NCBI GenBank assembly: GCA_963741205.1
Contig: CAVUHW010000008.1
Span: 64,001-128,000, forward strand
Origin: Nitrospirota bacterium
GTDB taxonomy: Bacteria > Nitrospirota > UBA9217
Reading direction: 5' to 3'
DNA length: 64,000 nucleotides
In this document: positions 43,179 through 53,154 of the stretch, piece by piece
Layout: each line of letters opens with the position of its first letter
Numbering within the stretch: the stretch's first letter is position 1
Made by a program: the position numbers and the translations under genes
The notes under the pieces: generated by a model
What the model saw: only the letters and a program-made list of their open reading frames with translations
What the model was told of the DNA's origin: nothing
The model's database searches: none

Positions 43179-44042
43179 CTAAAGTTTCTTTGCCTCTATC
43201 ACCCGCTCGATTCCCGCAAGGTCCTTCAGAACACGCGGTGAATCGTACGCCCGCGTATCCCGAATTATCCGCCTGAGCGTCCCCGCCTGGCCGAGCCCCA
43301 TCTCCATGATGAGGCGGCCATTGCTGTTGAGTAAGCGCGGCGCCTGTTCGATGATTTTCCGATGGACCTCCGTGCCGTCCGGGCCGGCAAAGAGCGCCAT
43401 TGACGGTTCGTGATCCCTTACCTCGGGCTGGAGCGCGGTACGGTCTCCCGAGGCAATATAGGGCGGATTCGAGACAATAATATCAACTTGCCCCCCTATG
43501 TCGAGCTCTTCCAGCGGCTCGAAGAGGTCGCCCTCGAGGAACCGGATCCGGTCCGCGACTCCGTGGCTGCGGGCGTTCTCGCGGGCCACTTTAAGGGCCT
43601 TCGCCGACGTATCGGTCGCGAAGATCCTTGCATCCGTCAATTCCTTCGCCAGGCTTACGGCGATGCAGCCCGAGCCTGTGCAGGCGTCGACGATCGTGAG
43701 CGGTTTGTTCCTGTCCGGCACAACGGCAAGGGTTGTCTCGATGACCAGCTCGGTCTCGGGTCTCGGGATGAGCACATCAGGCGTAACCAGGAAATCGAGG
43801 CCCCAGAACTCCTGCTTGCCCGTAATATACTGCAGGGGTTCCCGCCGTGTCCTGCGTTCTATGGCTTGTTCAAAGGTCCTGCGATGCTCCTCGCCAATCA
43901 CGTCCTGGAAGTGGGCCAAGAGCCACGCGCGGTCGCATCCGAGCGCATGACGGAGCAGCACCTCGGCGTCAAGCCGGTTATTGGATACACCTGCCGCGGC
44001 CAGTTTGGCCGACGCGTCGTTTATTGCGTTAATAAGAGTCAT
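43179..44042 (-). CDS. prmC: Release factor glutamine methyltransferase
   Basis: VLIPRPETE, CTGSG and NPPY motifs; follows prfA. Confidence 0.94.
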   Translation of the reverse strand: MTLINAINDASAKLAAAGVSNNRLDAEVLLRHALGCDRAWLLAHFQDVIGEEHRRTFEQAIERRTRREPLQYITGKQEFWGLDFLVTPDVLIPRPETELVIETTLAVVPDRNKPLTIVDACTGSGCIAVSLAKELTDARIFATDTSAKALKVARENARSHGVADRIRFLEGDLFEPLEELDIGGQVDIIVSNPPYIASGDRTALQPEVRDHEPSMALFAGPDGTEVHRKIIEQAPRLLNSNGRLIMEMGLGQAGTLRRIIRDTRAYDSPRVLKDLAGIERVIEAKKL

Positions 44043-44091
44043 CTGAAAATTGCGGCTTTCGGAATTAAACGCTTTCAAAATCCGCAATCGT

Positions 44092-45159
44092 TTATAGGTT
44101 CTTCAACCTCTCCGCGTTGTCATGGGCGGTGAGTGAGTCGATGAATTCGTCGATGTCGCCGTCCATTACCGCATCGATCTTGTACAGTGAAACGCCGACG
44201 CGGTGGTCCGTCACCCTGCTCTGAGGAAAGTTGTATGTTCTGATCTTCTCGCTGCGGTCGCCGGTGCCGACCTGGGATTTGCGGGCCGCGGCCTCCTCGG
44301 CATCCCTCTTCTCGCGCTCTTTTTCGAGCAGGCGCGACTTGAGGATCTTCATGGCCTTTTCGCGGTTCTTAAGCTGCGAGCGCTCATCCTGGCAGGCCAC
44401 GACCTCGCCGGTCGGAATGTGCGTGATACGGACGGCTGAATAGGTCGTGTTCACGCTCTGGCCGCCGGGGCCCGACGAGCAGTAGGTGTCGATCCTGAGG
44501 TCCTTCTGCTCGATCTGGATGTCCACGTCCTCAGCTTCGGGAATGACCGCCACCGTCACCGTCGAGGTGTGGATCCTTCCGGAGGCCTCCGTGGCGGGGA
44601 CGCGCTGCACCCGGTGCACGCCGCTTTCATACTTGAGGCGGCTATAGACGCCCTTGCCCTGTATCTGGGCGATAACTTCTTTCGCTCCGCCGACGCCCGT
44701 GGTGCTCATGTCGAGGAGCGTGACCTTCCAGCGTTTCTTCTCGGCGTATCGTGAATACATGCGGAAGAGCTCGGCCGCAAACAGACCTGCCTCGTCACCG
44801 CCCGCGCCGGCCCGGATTTCGAGGAAGATGTTCTTGTCGTCCCGCGGGTCTTTGGGCACCAGCATGAGCCGGAGCGCCTGGTCCATCTGCTCGACCTTGG
44901 GGCGGAGCTCTCTGAGCTCGGCCTCTGCCATCACCCGCAGTTCGGGATCGGCCAGCTTGTCCTGGGTCATCTCCTCCGCTTCCTGGATCTGCTTCTGGAG
45001 ACCCCGATAGGCGCGATAGTGGTTTACCACGTCCGCGATCTCCGACCGCTCCTTCGAGTATTTCTGGTACCGCTGGTGGTCGGCGGCGACCGAGGGGTCG
45101 GACAGGAGCCTGGTCAGCTCATCGTATTTTTCTGCGACAGCGTCTAATTTGCTCAGCAT
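44092..45159 (-). CDS. prfA: Peptide chain release factor 1
   Basis: PAT tripeptide, GGQ motif, [12 protein letters not shown]. Confidence 0.96.
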   Translation of the reverse strand: MLSKLDAVAEKYDELTRLLSDPSVAADHQRYQKYSKERSEIADVVNHYRAYRGLQKQIQEAEEMTQDKLADPELRVMAEAELRELRPKVEQMDQALRLMLVPKDPRDDKNIFLEIRAGAGGDEAGLFAAELFRMYSRYAEKKRWKVTLLDMSTTGVGGAKEVIAQIQGKGVYSRLKYESGVHRVQRVPATEASGRIHTSTVTVAVIPEAEDVDIQIEQKDLRIDTYCSSGPGGQSVNTTYSAVRITHIPTGEVVACQDERSQLKNREKAMKILKSRLLEKEREKRDAEEAAARKSQVGTGDRSEKIRTYNFPQSRVTDHRVGVSLYKIDAVMDGDIDEFIDSLTAHDNAERLKNL

Positions 45160-45320
45160 AGGTTAAGGTAATTAACCACAGGTGACGTCCCCCGCTCCGT
45201 TTCTATCACGATAGATGCGGGACGGAGCCGCACACGGTAAGGCATGAAGCGACAGACCGGAGTCTTTAACCGTGTTCATCCGTGGTTACTCGGATTTGTC
45301 TTCCAACAAAAAACCCCGCT

Positions 45321-46226
45321 TCAGCGGGGTTCCATCGCGAGGGCTTCATTGAGGGACCTGATGGCCACCTCAATTTGATCATCTGACGGTTCCCGTGTCG
45401 TGAGACGCTGGAGCCAGAGCCCCGGCTTCATCAATACCTTGATGACCGGGTTCCCGCACTTCTTCGCGCTGTATTTGATGAATTCGTAGCCCAGTCCCGC
45501 AATCAGCGGGAGCAGCACGATCCTCGACAGCCCCTTGGCCCAGAGCGGCCAGGCGCCAGGTATGAGCGAGAACAGGAGTATCGAAAGGGCGATGACCGCG
45601 AGCAGGAAGCTTGTGCCGCACCGGGGATGAATGCGGGAGTAGGGCCGGGCGTTCTCGACGGTGAGCGGGACGCCGGCCTCGTATGCGGCGATGGACTTGT
45701 GTTCGGCCCCGTGATACTCGAATACCCTCCTGATGTCCTTCATGAACGATATGCCGGACACGTAACCGAGAAACAACGCCATGCGCAGCGCGCCGTCCGT
45801 GAGATTGAACAGGACGCTGTTCTTGCCGACGGCGCCGTAATGCGCGCCGAGCAGGTTGGTGATGAGCAGAGGCAGCGCCAGAAAGATGCCGAGGGAAAAC
45901 GCGATTGCCACGACCATGGTCCCGGCCATGGCGAGCGGGCTGATCTCCTCTTTCTTTCCGTCCTCGCTTTCGAGCGCTTCGTTCGCCGAGAAATTGAGCG
46001 CCCGGATGCCGAGCCACAACGCCTCGAAGAGGGCGAACGATCCCCGGATGATCTTTTTCTTGAGGATCGGATAGCGTTCCCCGATGGGGACAATCGTCTC
46101 CCGCAAGACCGCGATGTCAGCCCCGGCTTTGCCCCCTTTGCGCACCGCTACGGTAAAGGCGTGCGGCGAGCGCATCATGACGCCCTCAAGCACCGCCTGC
46201 CCGCCTATGTTTATTGATTCAGGCAA
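45321..46226 (-). CDS. DUF1385 membrane protein
   Basis: GGQAVLEGVMM, YHGAEHK and HPRCGTSF motifs; rpmE-prfA context. Confidence 0.9.
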   Translation of the reverse strand: MPESINIGGQAVLEGVMMRSPHAFTVAVRKGGKAGADIAVLRETIVPIGERYPILKKKIIRGSFALFEALWLGIRALNFSANEALESEDGKKEEISPLAMAGTMVVAIAFSLGIFLALPLLITNLLGAHYGAVGKNSVLFNLTDGALRMALFLGYVSGISFMKDIRRVFEYHGAEHKSIAAYEAGVPLTVENARPYSRIHPRCGTSFLLAVIALSILLFSLIPGAWPLWAKGLSRIVLLPLIAGLGYEFIKYSAKKCGNPVIKVLMKPGLWLQRLTTREPSDDQIEVAIRSLNEALAMEPR

Positions 46227-46312
46227 GTCAGAACCTCGTGGGAGTGGCAAGTAGCAAGTAGCAAGGTTTTGACTTCCTGGCTACTTGACCCTTGCTCCAT
46301 GACCCATCGCAT

Positions 46313-46513
46313 TTACGCCTTTTTGTATTTTTTCCGGAACTTATCTACGCGGCCTTCCGTGTCGATGAGCTTCTGTTTGCCGGTGTAGAAGGGGTGGCAG
46401 TTCGAGCAGATGTCGAGCTTCACGTTCTCCTTGGTGGACCGGGTCTGAAACGCTTCGCCGCAGGCGCAGTGAATCGTCGTTACCTTGTAGGCTGGATGAA
46501 TACCCTCTTTCAT
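46313..46513 (-). CDS. rpmE: 50S ribosomal protein L31 (Zn-binding type)
   Basis: [21 protein letters not shown]. Confidence 0.96.
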   Translation of the reverse strand: MKEGIHPAYKVTTIHCACGEAFQTRSTKENVKLDICSNCHPFYTGKQKLIDTEGRVDKFRKKYKKA

Positions 46514-46622
46514 AGTCCTGATCTCCTCTTCTATAGAAAAGCCAAGCCACAGCAGTTGGCTGTGGCTCTCATGGTCAAGGCCGAAATAATATACCAAATC
46601 GGGCAAAAAGACAAGCGAAAAG

Positions 46623-47870
46623 TTATTTGTTCATCGAGTCCAGGAAGTCCCGGTTGGTCTTCGCCTGTTTGAGTTTTTCCAGCAGGAACTCCATGCTCTC
46701 GACGGTGGACAGCGGGTTCAGGACCTTGCGGAGCACCCACATGCGGTTCAGGTCGTCTTTGTCCACGAGCAGCTCTTCCTTGCGGGTGCCGGACGCGTTG
46801 ATGTCGATGGCCGGGAAAACCCTCTTGTCGACGAGCTTCCGGTCCAGGTGGAGTTCCATGTTGCCCGTTCCCTTGAATTCCTCGAAGATCACGTCGTCCA
46901 TGCGGCTGCCGGTGTCCACGAGCGCGGTCGCAAGGATCGTCAGGCTGCCGCCGTCCTCGATGCTGCGGGCGGCGCCGAAGAACCGCTTCGGCCTCTGGAG
47001 CGCGTTCGCGTCCAGGCCGCCGGAGAGCACCTTGCCGGAGGCCGGGATGATGGCGTTGTGCGCCCGGGCCAGGCGGGTAATGCTGTCCAGCAGGATCACG
47101 ACGTCCTTTTTGTGCTCGACCAGGCGCTTCGCGCGCTCGCTCACCATGTCCGCGACCTGCACGTGTCTCTGCGGCGGCTCGTCGAAGGTGGAGCTGATGA
47201 TCTCAGTCTTGACCTGGCGCTGCCAGTCCGTGACTTCCTCGGGCCGCTCGTCGATCAGGAGCACGATGAGCTTGATGTCCGGATGGTTTTTCAGGATGGC
47301 CTTGGCCACGGCTTGAAGCAGCATGGTCTTGCCGGTCCGGGGCGGAGCGACGATCATGCCGCGCTGGCCCATGCCGATGGGGGTGACCAGTTCGATGGCG
47401 CGGGTTGTGTAATCCGTGGGAGCATGTTCGAGCTTGATTTTCTTGATCGGGTAGTATGGTGTGAGGTTGTCGAAGAGGATCTTGGACCGTGATATCTCGG
47501 GGTCCTCGTAGTTGATGGCGTCGACCTTAAGCAGCGCAAAGTATCGCTCGCCCTCTTTCGGCGGCCGGATCTGGCCGGAGACGGTGTCGCCCGTCCGGAT
47601 GTTGAACCTCCGTATCTGCGACGGCGACACGTAGATGTCGTCCGGGCCGGGCAGGTAGTTGTAGTCCGGGGCCCGGAGGAAGCCGAAGCCGTCCGGCAGG
47701 ATTTCGAGCACTCCCTCGCCGAAGATCATGCCGTTTTTCTCGGTCTGGGCCTGAAGGATGGCGAAGATCAGCTCTTGCTTGCGCAGGCCGCTGACTCCCT
47801 CGACCTTCAGCTCATCAGCCATCGTGGTAAGTTCGGCTATGTTCTTTCCTTTGAGTTCTACTAAGTTCAT
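46623..47870 (-). CDS. rho: Transcription termination factor Rho
   Basis: [24 protein letters not shown] and FEEFKGTGN motifs. Confidence 0.97.
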   Translation of the reverse strand: MNLVELKGKNIAELTTMADELKVEGVSGLRKQELIFAILQAQTEKNGMIFGEGVLEILPDGFGFLRAPDYNYLPGPDDIYVSPSQIRRFNIRTGDTVSGQIRPPKEGERYFALLKVDAINYEDPEISRSKILFDNLTPYYPIKKIKLEHAPTDYTTRAIELVTPIGMGQRGMIVAPPRTGKTMLLQAVAKAILKNHPDIKLIVLLIDERPEEVTDWQRQVKTEIISSTFDEPPQRHVQVADMVSERAKRLVEHKKDVVILLDSITRLARAHNAIIPASGKVLSGGLDANALQRPKRFFGAARSIEDGGSLTILATALVDTGSRMDDVIFEEFKGTGNMELHLDRKLVDKRVFPAIDINASGTRKEELLVDKDDLNRMWVLRKVLNPLSTVESMEFLLEKLKQAKTNRDFLDSMNK

Positions 47871-48575
47871 GGGTTTACTCCTTGGCTCCTGGCCCTATCG
47901 GGCATATGAGGTCCATTCCTGTGGTTAAGGCGCGTCTGTGGTTTATTTTTCTCATGCAGCCGAGAGAATAGTGAATCATTAATCGCAGTATTATATATAT
48001 GGAGGTTCCTGCAATATTGCTTTTCATTCCGAATACTTCTGTAAGGGATATGGAGTGTTAGGACCGGGGGAGCCGTGTTCGCATTGTTTCCCGACGTAAT
48101 TTGATCAAAAAGGGTTACGCCGACACACCTGCTCTCGCCCAGTTGCACACCCTGCATCCGCGGTGTAGTACACTCTGTATTCGCGTCAGCACTATTAATC
48201 GCGAAGTGCAGGCTCATAAACGCCGGGTGCAGGCGGTCGGCTCGGTCCATAAAAACCAGCTTCCCGCCCCGAATCACTGCGAGAATGACAAAATAGGCAA
48301 TTTGTTTGTTAGGGCCTCAATGGTAATTGCATTAATAAGGGGAGTGTTGTCTCGGGTCGTCGGTTTGCGTGGTTATCGTGAAAATGGTGTTGTAACGTAA
48401 ACGACGGCTGCCAATTGCGTGCTTGTTCCGGGTGATATTGCCTTCCTGTCTGTATGCTTTGCAGTCTGTTTAATTACCTGATAATGTCTCGTGCAATGAG
48501 TTGGGTTTGGTAATACCAGGGGTTGTCGGTTAGGCCTGCACTTTAGGTGATGCCTTTGGAAACGAAGATGGAATT

Positions 48576-48604
48576 AATCTACCGCAGAAAAAATGATTTG
48601 TCAA
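48576..48604 (-). promoter_or_regulatory. Candidate sigma70 promoter of rho, about 700 nt upstream
   Basis: Minus strand TTGACA-17 bp-TAGATT. Confidence 0.6.
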
Positions 48605-48751
48605 CAGATTATTTTTTAACAAGTTGCGAACCGTTAAATTCTATGTTAAGGTACCACTCGGAAATATCACCGGTTTAAACGCATGATCGAAGCAAACGCT
48701 TCGCCTGGTCATCCGACTTCTGTCCCCCGCTTTTATGTGAGGGGGTTATGC

Positions 48752-48838
48752 ATGCCCCAATACCGATATAAAGCGAGCGAAGAGCGAACAGAGAACGAGA
48801 CGGAGCTCATGATCTTCATTACACCGACGATGATGTAG
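48752..48838 (+). pseudogene. 28-aa chimeric ORF: GspF/PilC-like start fused to a secretin-like end (candidate deletion scar)
   Basis: MPQYRYKASEERTENETELMIFITPTMM*, preceded by a GAGGGGG RBS. Confidence 0.5.
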
Positions 48839-48940
48839 ACATGGCCATGGGACTTCACAACTGACAGGACTGCCGCGCATCTTGCAGTGTGCGCGGAGAG
48901 GGACGGCGCCTTGCCTTTTGACCCCCTCCGAGAATTGCGG

Positions 48941-48969
48941 TTGACACTGCCTGGCGACCGTAGTATAAA
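48941..48969 (+). promoter_or_regulatory. sigma70-type promoter of the Rieske/cytochrome b genes (probably leaderless)
   Basis: TTGACA-17 bp-TATAAA; the ATG is 5 nt downstream. Confidence 0.6.
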
Positions 48970-48974
48970 AAATC

Positions 48975-49427
48975 ATGGATAAAGGCCGTCGGGAATTCAT
49001 CAAAAAGTCGGTCTACGGAGTTCTTGCGCTCCTCGGGCTCGGTTTCCTGATTCCCGGCATCAAGCTGATCACCCCATCCGGCAAGGCGGAAAAGGAACTG
49101 GTCTTCTTTCCGCTCATTTCCGAGGACGATGTCCCTCGTGCAGGCGTGAAGAAGACTGAACTGCTATTCTCGGTCTCGGGAAAGGAAAGAAAGACACGGG
49201 TCTTCATCGTCCCGGCCCCCGAAGGACCGGTGGTGTTCTCCGCAACCTGTTCCCATCTCGGTTGTCTCGTCAATTACCATAAGGATAAGCGGGAGTTCGT
49301 CTGCCCCTGCCACGGCGGGAAATATGACCTGACCGGAAAAAACATCGCCGGACCACCGCCCGCGCCGCTCACGCGGTTCCCGATCAAAATCCAGGACGGC
49401 ATGATTCTGGCGGGGTTAAAAGTATAG
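48975..49427 (+). CDS. Rieske 2Fe-2S protein with a Tat-type anchor
   Basis: GRREFIK plus TM helix; CSHLGC and CPCHG boxes. Confidence 0.92.
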   Translation: MDKGRREFIKKSVYGVLALLGLGFLIPGIKLITPSGKAEKELVFFPLISEDDVPRAGVKKTELLFSVSGKERKTRVFIVPAPEGPVVFSATCSHLGCLVNYHKDKREFVCPCHGGKYDLTGKNIAGPPPAPLTRFPIKIQDGMILAGLKV

Positions 49428-49471
49428 TACCGAGCTCAGAGTCCGTAGTTCGGAGTGCAAAGTAATCTGTT

Positions 49472-50116
49472 ATGAGAATTTTCGATTATCTCGATACGCG
49501 GCTGGGTTTCACAATCAGGCACGGCAGGGTACTGAACAAACCGGTGCCCGGATGGATCAATTACTTCTATTGTTTCGGCGGGATCACGTTCACGCTCTTC
49601 CTGGTGCAACTCCTGACCGGCTTGCTCCTCTCCGTGCACTATACGCCGTCGGAAGCCGAAGCCTACCTGAGCATCCAGCGACTTCATCAGGCCGTGCCCT
49701 TGGGCCGGCTGCTCCGCTCGGTGCACCACTGGGCCGCAAATCTCATGGTTGTCATGGTCGTGCTCCACATGCTGAGGGTCTTTATCAGCGGATCGTACAG
49801 GAACCCGCGGGAGCTGAACTGGATCGCCGGCGCCATGTTGTTCGTGATGACGCTCGCCTTCGGCTTCACCGGATACCTCCTGCCCTGGGACCAAAAGGCG
49901 TACTGGGCCACGGTCGTAGGGACGAATATGCTTGGTTCGGTGCCCTTTGCCGGTCAGTTCCTGTCCGCTTTCATGCGGGGCGGAACCGAGGTTACCGGCC
50001 AGACGCTCCTGCGGTTTTACAGCATGCATGTCCTGTGGTTCCCGCTCTTCTCCGCGCTCTTCCTGTGGGTCCATTTCCATGTGCTGAGAAGGGTCGGGAT
50101 ATCGGGAGGGATGTGA
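49472..50116 (+). CDS. Cytochrome b N-terminal / b6-like subunit
   Basis: NYFYCFGG; heme-ligating His pairs (HHWAAN..LHM and MHV..HF); GYLLPWDQKAYWA. Confidence 0.92.
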   Translation: MRIFDYLDTRLGFTIRHGRVLNKPVPGWINYFYCFGGITFTLFLVQLLTGLLLSVHYTPSEAEAYLSIQRLHQAVPLGRLLRSVHHWAANLMVVMVVLHMLRVFISGSYRNPRELNWIAGAMLFVMTLAFGFTGYLLPWDQKAYWATVVGTNMLGSVPFAGQFLSAFMRGGTEVTGQTLLRFYSMHVLWFPLFSALFLWVHFHVLRRVGISGGM

Positions 50117-50189
50117 GGAGCGGATCAGGAGTCAGGAGTCAGGAGTCAGGAGAACATGACCTTTCGGCCGGCGGAGATCAACGAACTGA

Positions 50190-50573
50190 ATGAATAGCAA
50201 GAGCGAACAAAAATTTTTCCCCTATTACTTCTTCGAGATCACGCTTATCTCGTTGTTTACAATAGAGGCCGTCCTTATCCTTGCTGTCCTGTTTCCGCCG
50301 GCTGTAGGCAGGGAGATCGACTTCTCCGCGCAGTTCAGCCCAAGGCCTGAATGGTATTTCCTGGCACTCTACCAGTTAACAAAATATTTTCCCGGCAGGT
50401 TTACGTTTGTGGGCGCCGTGCTGCTTCCCGGACTGGCCTTCAGCGTTTTGCTCCTTGCGCCCTTCCTTGACAGCGGCAGGGCTACATCGCTCCGTGAGCG
50501 GAAGGCTGCTGCGGCAGTGGGATTCGGACTCCTGGCGGCGGTGATGGCCTTGACGGCCGCGGCCTTGGTATAA
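50190..50573 (+). CDS. Cytochrome b C-terminal / subunit IV-like protein
   Basis: RPEWYF Qo motif, LAPFLD, three TM helices. Confidence 0.88.
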   Translation: MNSKSEQKFFPYYFFEITLISLFTIEAVLILAVLFPPAVGREIDFSAQFSPRPEWYFLALYQLTKYFPGRFTFVGAVLLPGLAFSVLLLAPFLDSGRATSLRERKAAAAVGFGLLAAVMALTAAALV

Positions 50574-50630
50574 GCAAATAAATTTCGGCTATAACAATAG
50601 CAAATAGAAGGTTTCATCGCAAAACGAGTG

Positions 50631-50659
50631 TTGACAGGAAACGGTGTTTTTGCTAATGT
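50631..50659 (+). promoter_or_regulatory. Candidate sigma70 promoter of tusA-yedE
   Basis: TTGACA-17 bp-TAATGT, about 200 nt before tusA. Confidence 0.55.
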
Positions 50660-50859
50660 ACTAACTTGCAACACTCACCTCAGGGTCATCGCGCCGTTGC
50701 TTTATCTCATTGCGAGCCGATTCACGAAGGGGGGTGATGGAGAGAGGAGCGGGAACGCTTCACGGAGTGCCGGGAACTTTTTGAACAACACGAAATTTTT
50801 CAACGGACCGTTCTGACGAGCGGCCCGAATTCACGGAACGATACTTAAGGAGGAATACC

Positions 50860-51108
50860 ATGTCAGTCAAGACTGCAACACCGGATCAGACGCTGGACAC
50901 CCTGGGAAGAGTGTGTCCCTATCCCTTGCTCCTTACCAAGAAGGCGCTTGAGAAACTGGCGAGCGGACAAACGCTCAAGGTCCTGTGCGACGCTCCGGCG
51001 TCGGCCGAGGACAGCATCCCCCGCTATGCCGAGAAGAATAACTTCGCCTTCGAGGCCGTCAAGATCGAAGACAAAGGCATGTGGGAGCTCTATATCAAGA
51101 AGTCATAG
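50860..51108 (+). CDS. tusA: TusA/YeeD-family sulfur carrier
   Basis: LDTLGRVCPYP motif; TAAGGAGG RBS. Confidence 0.9.
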   Translation: MSVKTATPDQTLDTLGRVCPYPLLLTKKALEKLASGQTLKVLCDAPASAEDSIPRYAEKNNFAFEAVKIEDKGMWELYIKKS

Positions 51109-51179
51109 ATCCATGCATTGAAGTGAAAAAATGATGTTGAGGAAACCGGCGGGGAATACATTCTAGGAGGGGGGAAAGA

Positions 51180-52265
51180 ATGGTTTCTACAATAGCATAC
51201 ATCGCGACCGGTCTGCTCATCGGCGCGGCGTTTGGTTTTGTGCTCCAGCGCGGACGGTTTTGCATCAACTCTGCGTTCCGTGAGGTGCTTTTCCAGGACT
51301 ACACCATGCTGCGCGCCTACATGCTCGCCGTCGTGGTGACCATGATCGGTGCGAACCTTATCGAGCAGCTCGGGTGGCTTCAGCCGGCCGCTGACGGAAC
51401 GGCCGGACAACTGTACCGTCAGGCATTTGTGCCCTGGGCAAACATCGTCGGCGGCTACATCTTCGGCATGGGTATCGTACTTGCGGGCGGCTGCGGAAGC
51501 GGCATCCTGTACCGCGTGGGTGAAGGCAACCTCGCGTATGTGTTCGCCGTCTTCGGTTTTTTCTTCGGCATCGTGATCACCAAATTCGGCTTCCTGAAGC
51601 CGGTCTATGAGGCGCTCATCTCGACGCCGGTTTTCATCGGAGCGGACAAAGACGTGGTCCCCACGCTGGACAATATTATCGGCGTGAACAAGTGGATTGT
51701 GATCGTGGTTGTCTCGGCGATCATGCTGTATTTCGTGTTCCAGGGCAAGCCGACCTTGAAGGCCAAGAAGGGATATTCATGGACGATGGTCGGCCTTCTG
51801 GCAGGCATCGTCGCGGTGGCCGCTTTTTGGGCGTCCGACTACTACGGCGGCCGCGCCCGCGGTCTCTCCTTCACGGGCCCGGTTCGCGAGTTTTTCCTGG
51901 CCGTGTTATTCGGGAATTCGCAAGCTGCGGCTTCCGACAAGACGCAGACGCTCCTCGGCATTACCTATTCCTGGAGCTCGCTCTATGTGCTGGCAGTGCC
52001 GATCGGCGCATTTATCAGCGGAAAGCTTCTGAACGAAGTCAAGCTGAAGGTACCGCCGGCTGATGAACTCATCAAGGTTCTCTTGGGAGGCTTCGTTATG
52101 GGCATCGGCGCGCAGATCGGCGGCGGTTGCAATATCGGCCACAGCCTGACCGGCGTATCTACGCTCGCCGTTTCGAGCTGGGTGGCGAATCTCTTTATCA
52201 TCCTCGGTAACTGGACCATGGTTTATTTCATGCTGATCAGGCCGATGCGGGACATGGATGTATAG
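51180..52265 (+). CDS. YeeE/YedE-family sulfur-compound transporter
   Basis: QRGRFC, LAGGCGSG and GGGCNIG: the three conserved Cys motifs; multiple TM helices. Confidence 0.92.
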   Translation: MVSTIAYIATGLLIGAAFGFVLQRGRFCINSAFREVLFQDYTMLRAYMLAVVVTMIGANLIEQLGWLQPAADGTAGQLYRQAFVPWANIVGGYIFGMGIVLAGGCGSGILYRVGEGNLAYVFAVFGFFFGIVITKFGFLKPVYEALISTPVFIGADKDVVPTLDNIIGVNKWIVIVVVSAIMLYFVFQGKPTLKAKKGYSWTMVGLLAGIVAVAAFWASDYYGGRARGLSFTGPVREFFLAVLFGNSQAAASDKTQTLLGITYSWSSLYVLAVPIGAFISGKLLNEVKLKVPPADELIKVLLGGFVMGIGAQIGGGCNIGHSLTGVSTLAVSSWVANLFIILGNWTMVYFMLIRPMRDMDV

Positions 52266-52281
52266 ATGTAGTAAGCACCGG

Positions 52282-52316
52282 GCCGGGTGGGATTTTTCCG
52301 CCCGGCTTTTTCTTTT
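52282..52316 (+). terminator. Intrinsic terminator after yedE
   Basis: gccgggtggga-tttt-tccgcccggc hairpin followed by tttttctttt. Confidence 0.75.
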
Positions 52317-52523
52317 GCCCGGCGTGTAGTAGAACACTTGTTAGAAATCCGACAACGATGGTACAATTGCTTCCAATCCGGGCAGGACAAACGGGAATCA
52401 AAATGTGGGCAAAGATTCGAAGCCTCAAAGGAAGACAAAAGAGAGAGTAGCTGGCTGTTCTCTTGGTCATTGTGGCAACAATTATCCGTATTCGATATCA
52501 TGTTCCGAAAGGAGGTGAGCTTT

Positions 52524-52829
52524 ATGGCGACGGAGATTCTGGGTATCATGGTCACGAAGTTCGAACACGTAGAACACATAGCGGGCGCGGCCAAGGCGGC
52601 GCGGGCGGCGGGCAAATCGGTAATAATCTTCCTGACCGACGAAGCAGTGCGCTTTACCACGGACCCGAAGTTTCTTGAGTTGTTGAAGGTCGACGGTGTG
52701 GAGCTGTCCTGCTGCGACCACAGCTGCGAGCGGGTCGGAGTTCACGGCAAGACCGACGGCATATCCTACGGCAACCAGTATAATAACGCAACGATGCTGC
52801 ACGACAGCGCGCGCGTTTTGGTGTTTTAA
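52524..52829 (+). CDS. DsrE-like sulfur relay protein
   Basis: IFLTDEAV, LSCCDHSC and GNQYNNA..HDSARVLVF motifs; GAAAGGAGGTGA RBS. Confidence 0.8.
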   Translation: MATEILGIMVTKFEHVEHIAGAAKAARAAGKSVIIFLTDEAVRFTTDPKFLELLKVDGVELSCCDHSCERVGVHGKTDGISYGNQYNNATMLHDSARVLVF

Positions 52830-52856
52830 TAATCCGAGCATGAGGAGATACACGAA

Positions 52857-53135
52857 ATGGGAGACACGAAAAAAATAGCGGTGGTAGTGCGGGACCGTCA
52901 GGGCGAGGCACTCCGCGTCGCGAGTGGTCTTACGCTTGCGGATGATACGATCGAGGTCTTCATTCTGGACTGGCAACTGGATAAGAACAACCCGGAGGTT
53001 GCGCAGCCGCTCGAGCTGATCACCGAGCTGGACCTTAAGGTCTATTCGAACAATCCGGAAAACGGCTACACCACGATCTCGCTCGCCGAGATGGCGAAAA
53101 AGCTCCTGGAATATGACGTCGTGGTGCCGTACTAA
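52857..53135 (+). CDS. DsrF-like conserved hypothetical protein
   Basis: KKIAVVV..EALRVASGL..VEVF..MAKKLLEYDVVVPY fits a DsrE/F fold. Confidence 0.7.
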   Translation: MGDTKKIAVVVRDRQGEALRVASGLTLADDTIEVFILDWQLDKNNPEVAQPLELITELDLKVYSNNPENGYTTISLAEMAKKLLEYDVVVPY

Positions 53136-53154
53136 AGCGAAGAAGGAGAACACT

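Noticed and set aside
47867-48400. ORFs 47867..48277 (-) and 48101..48400 (+)
   Set aside because: They run through a repeat element, show no recognisable motifs and have no clear RBS; treated as the rho leader
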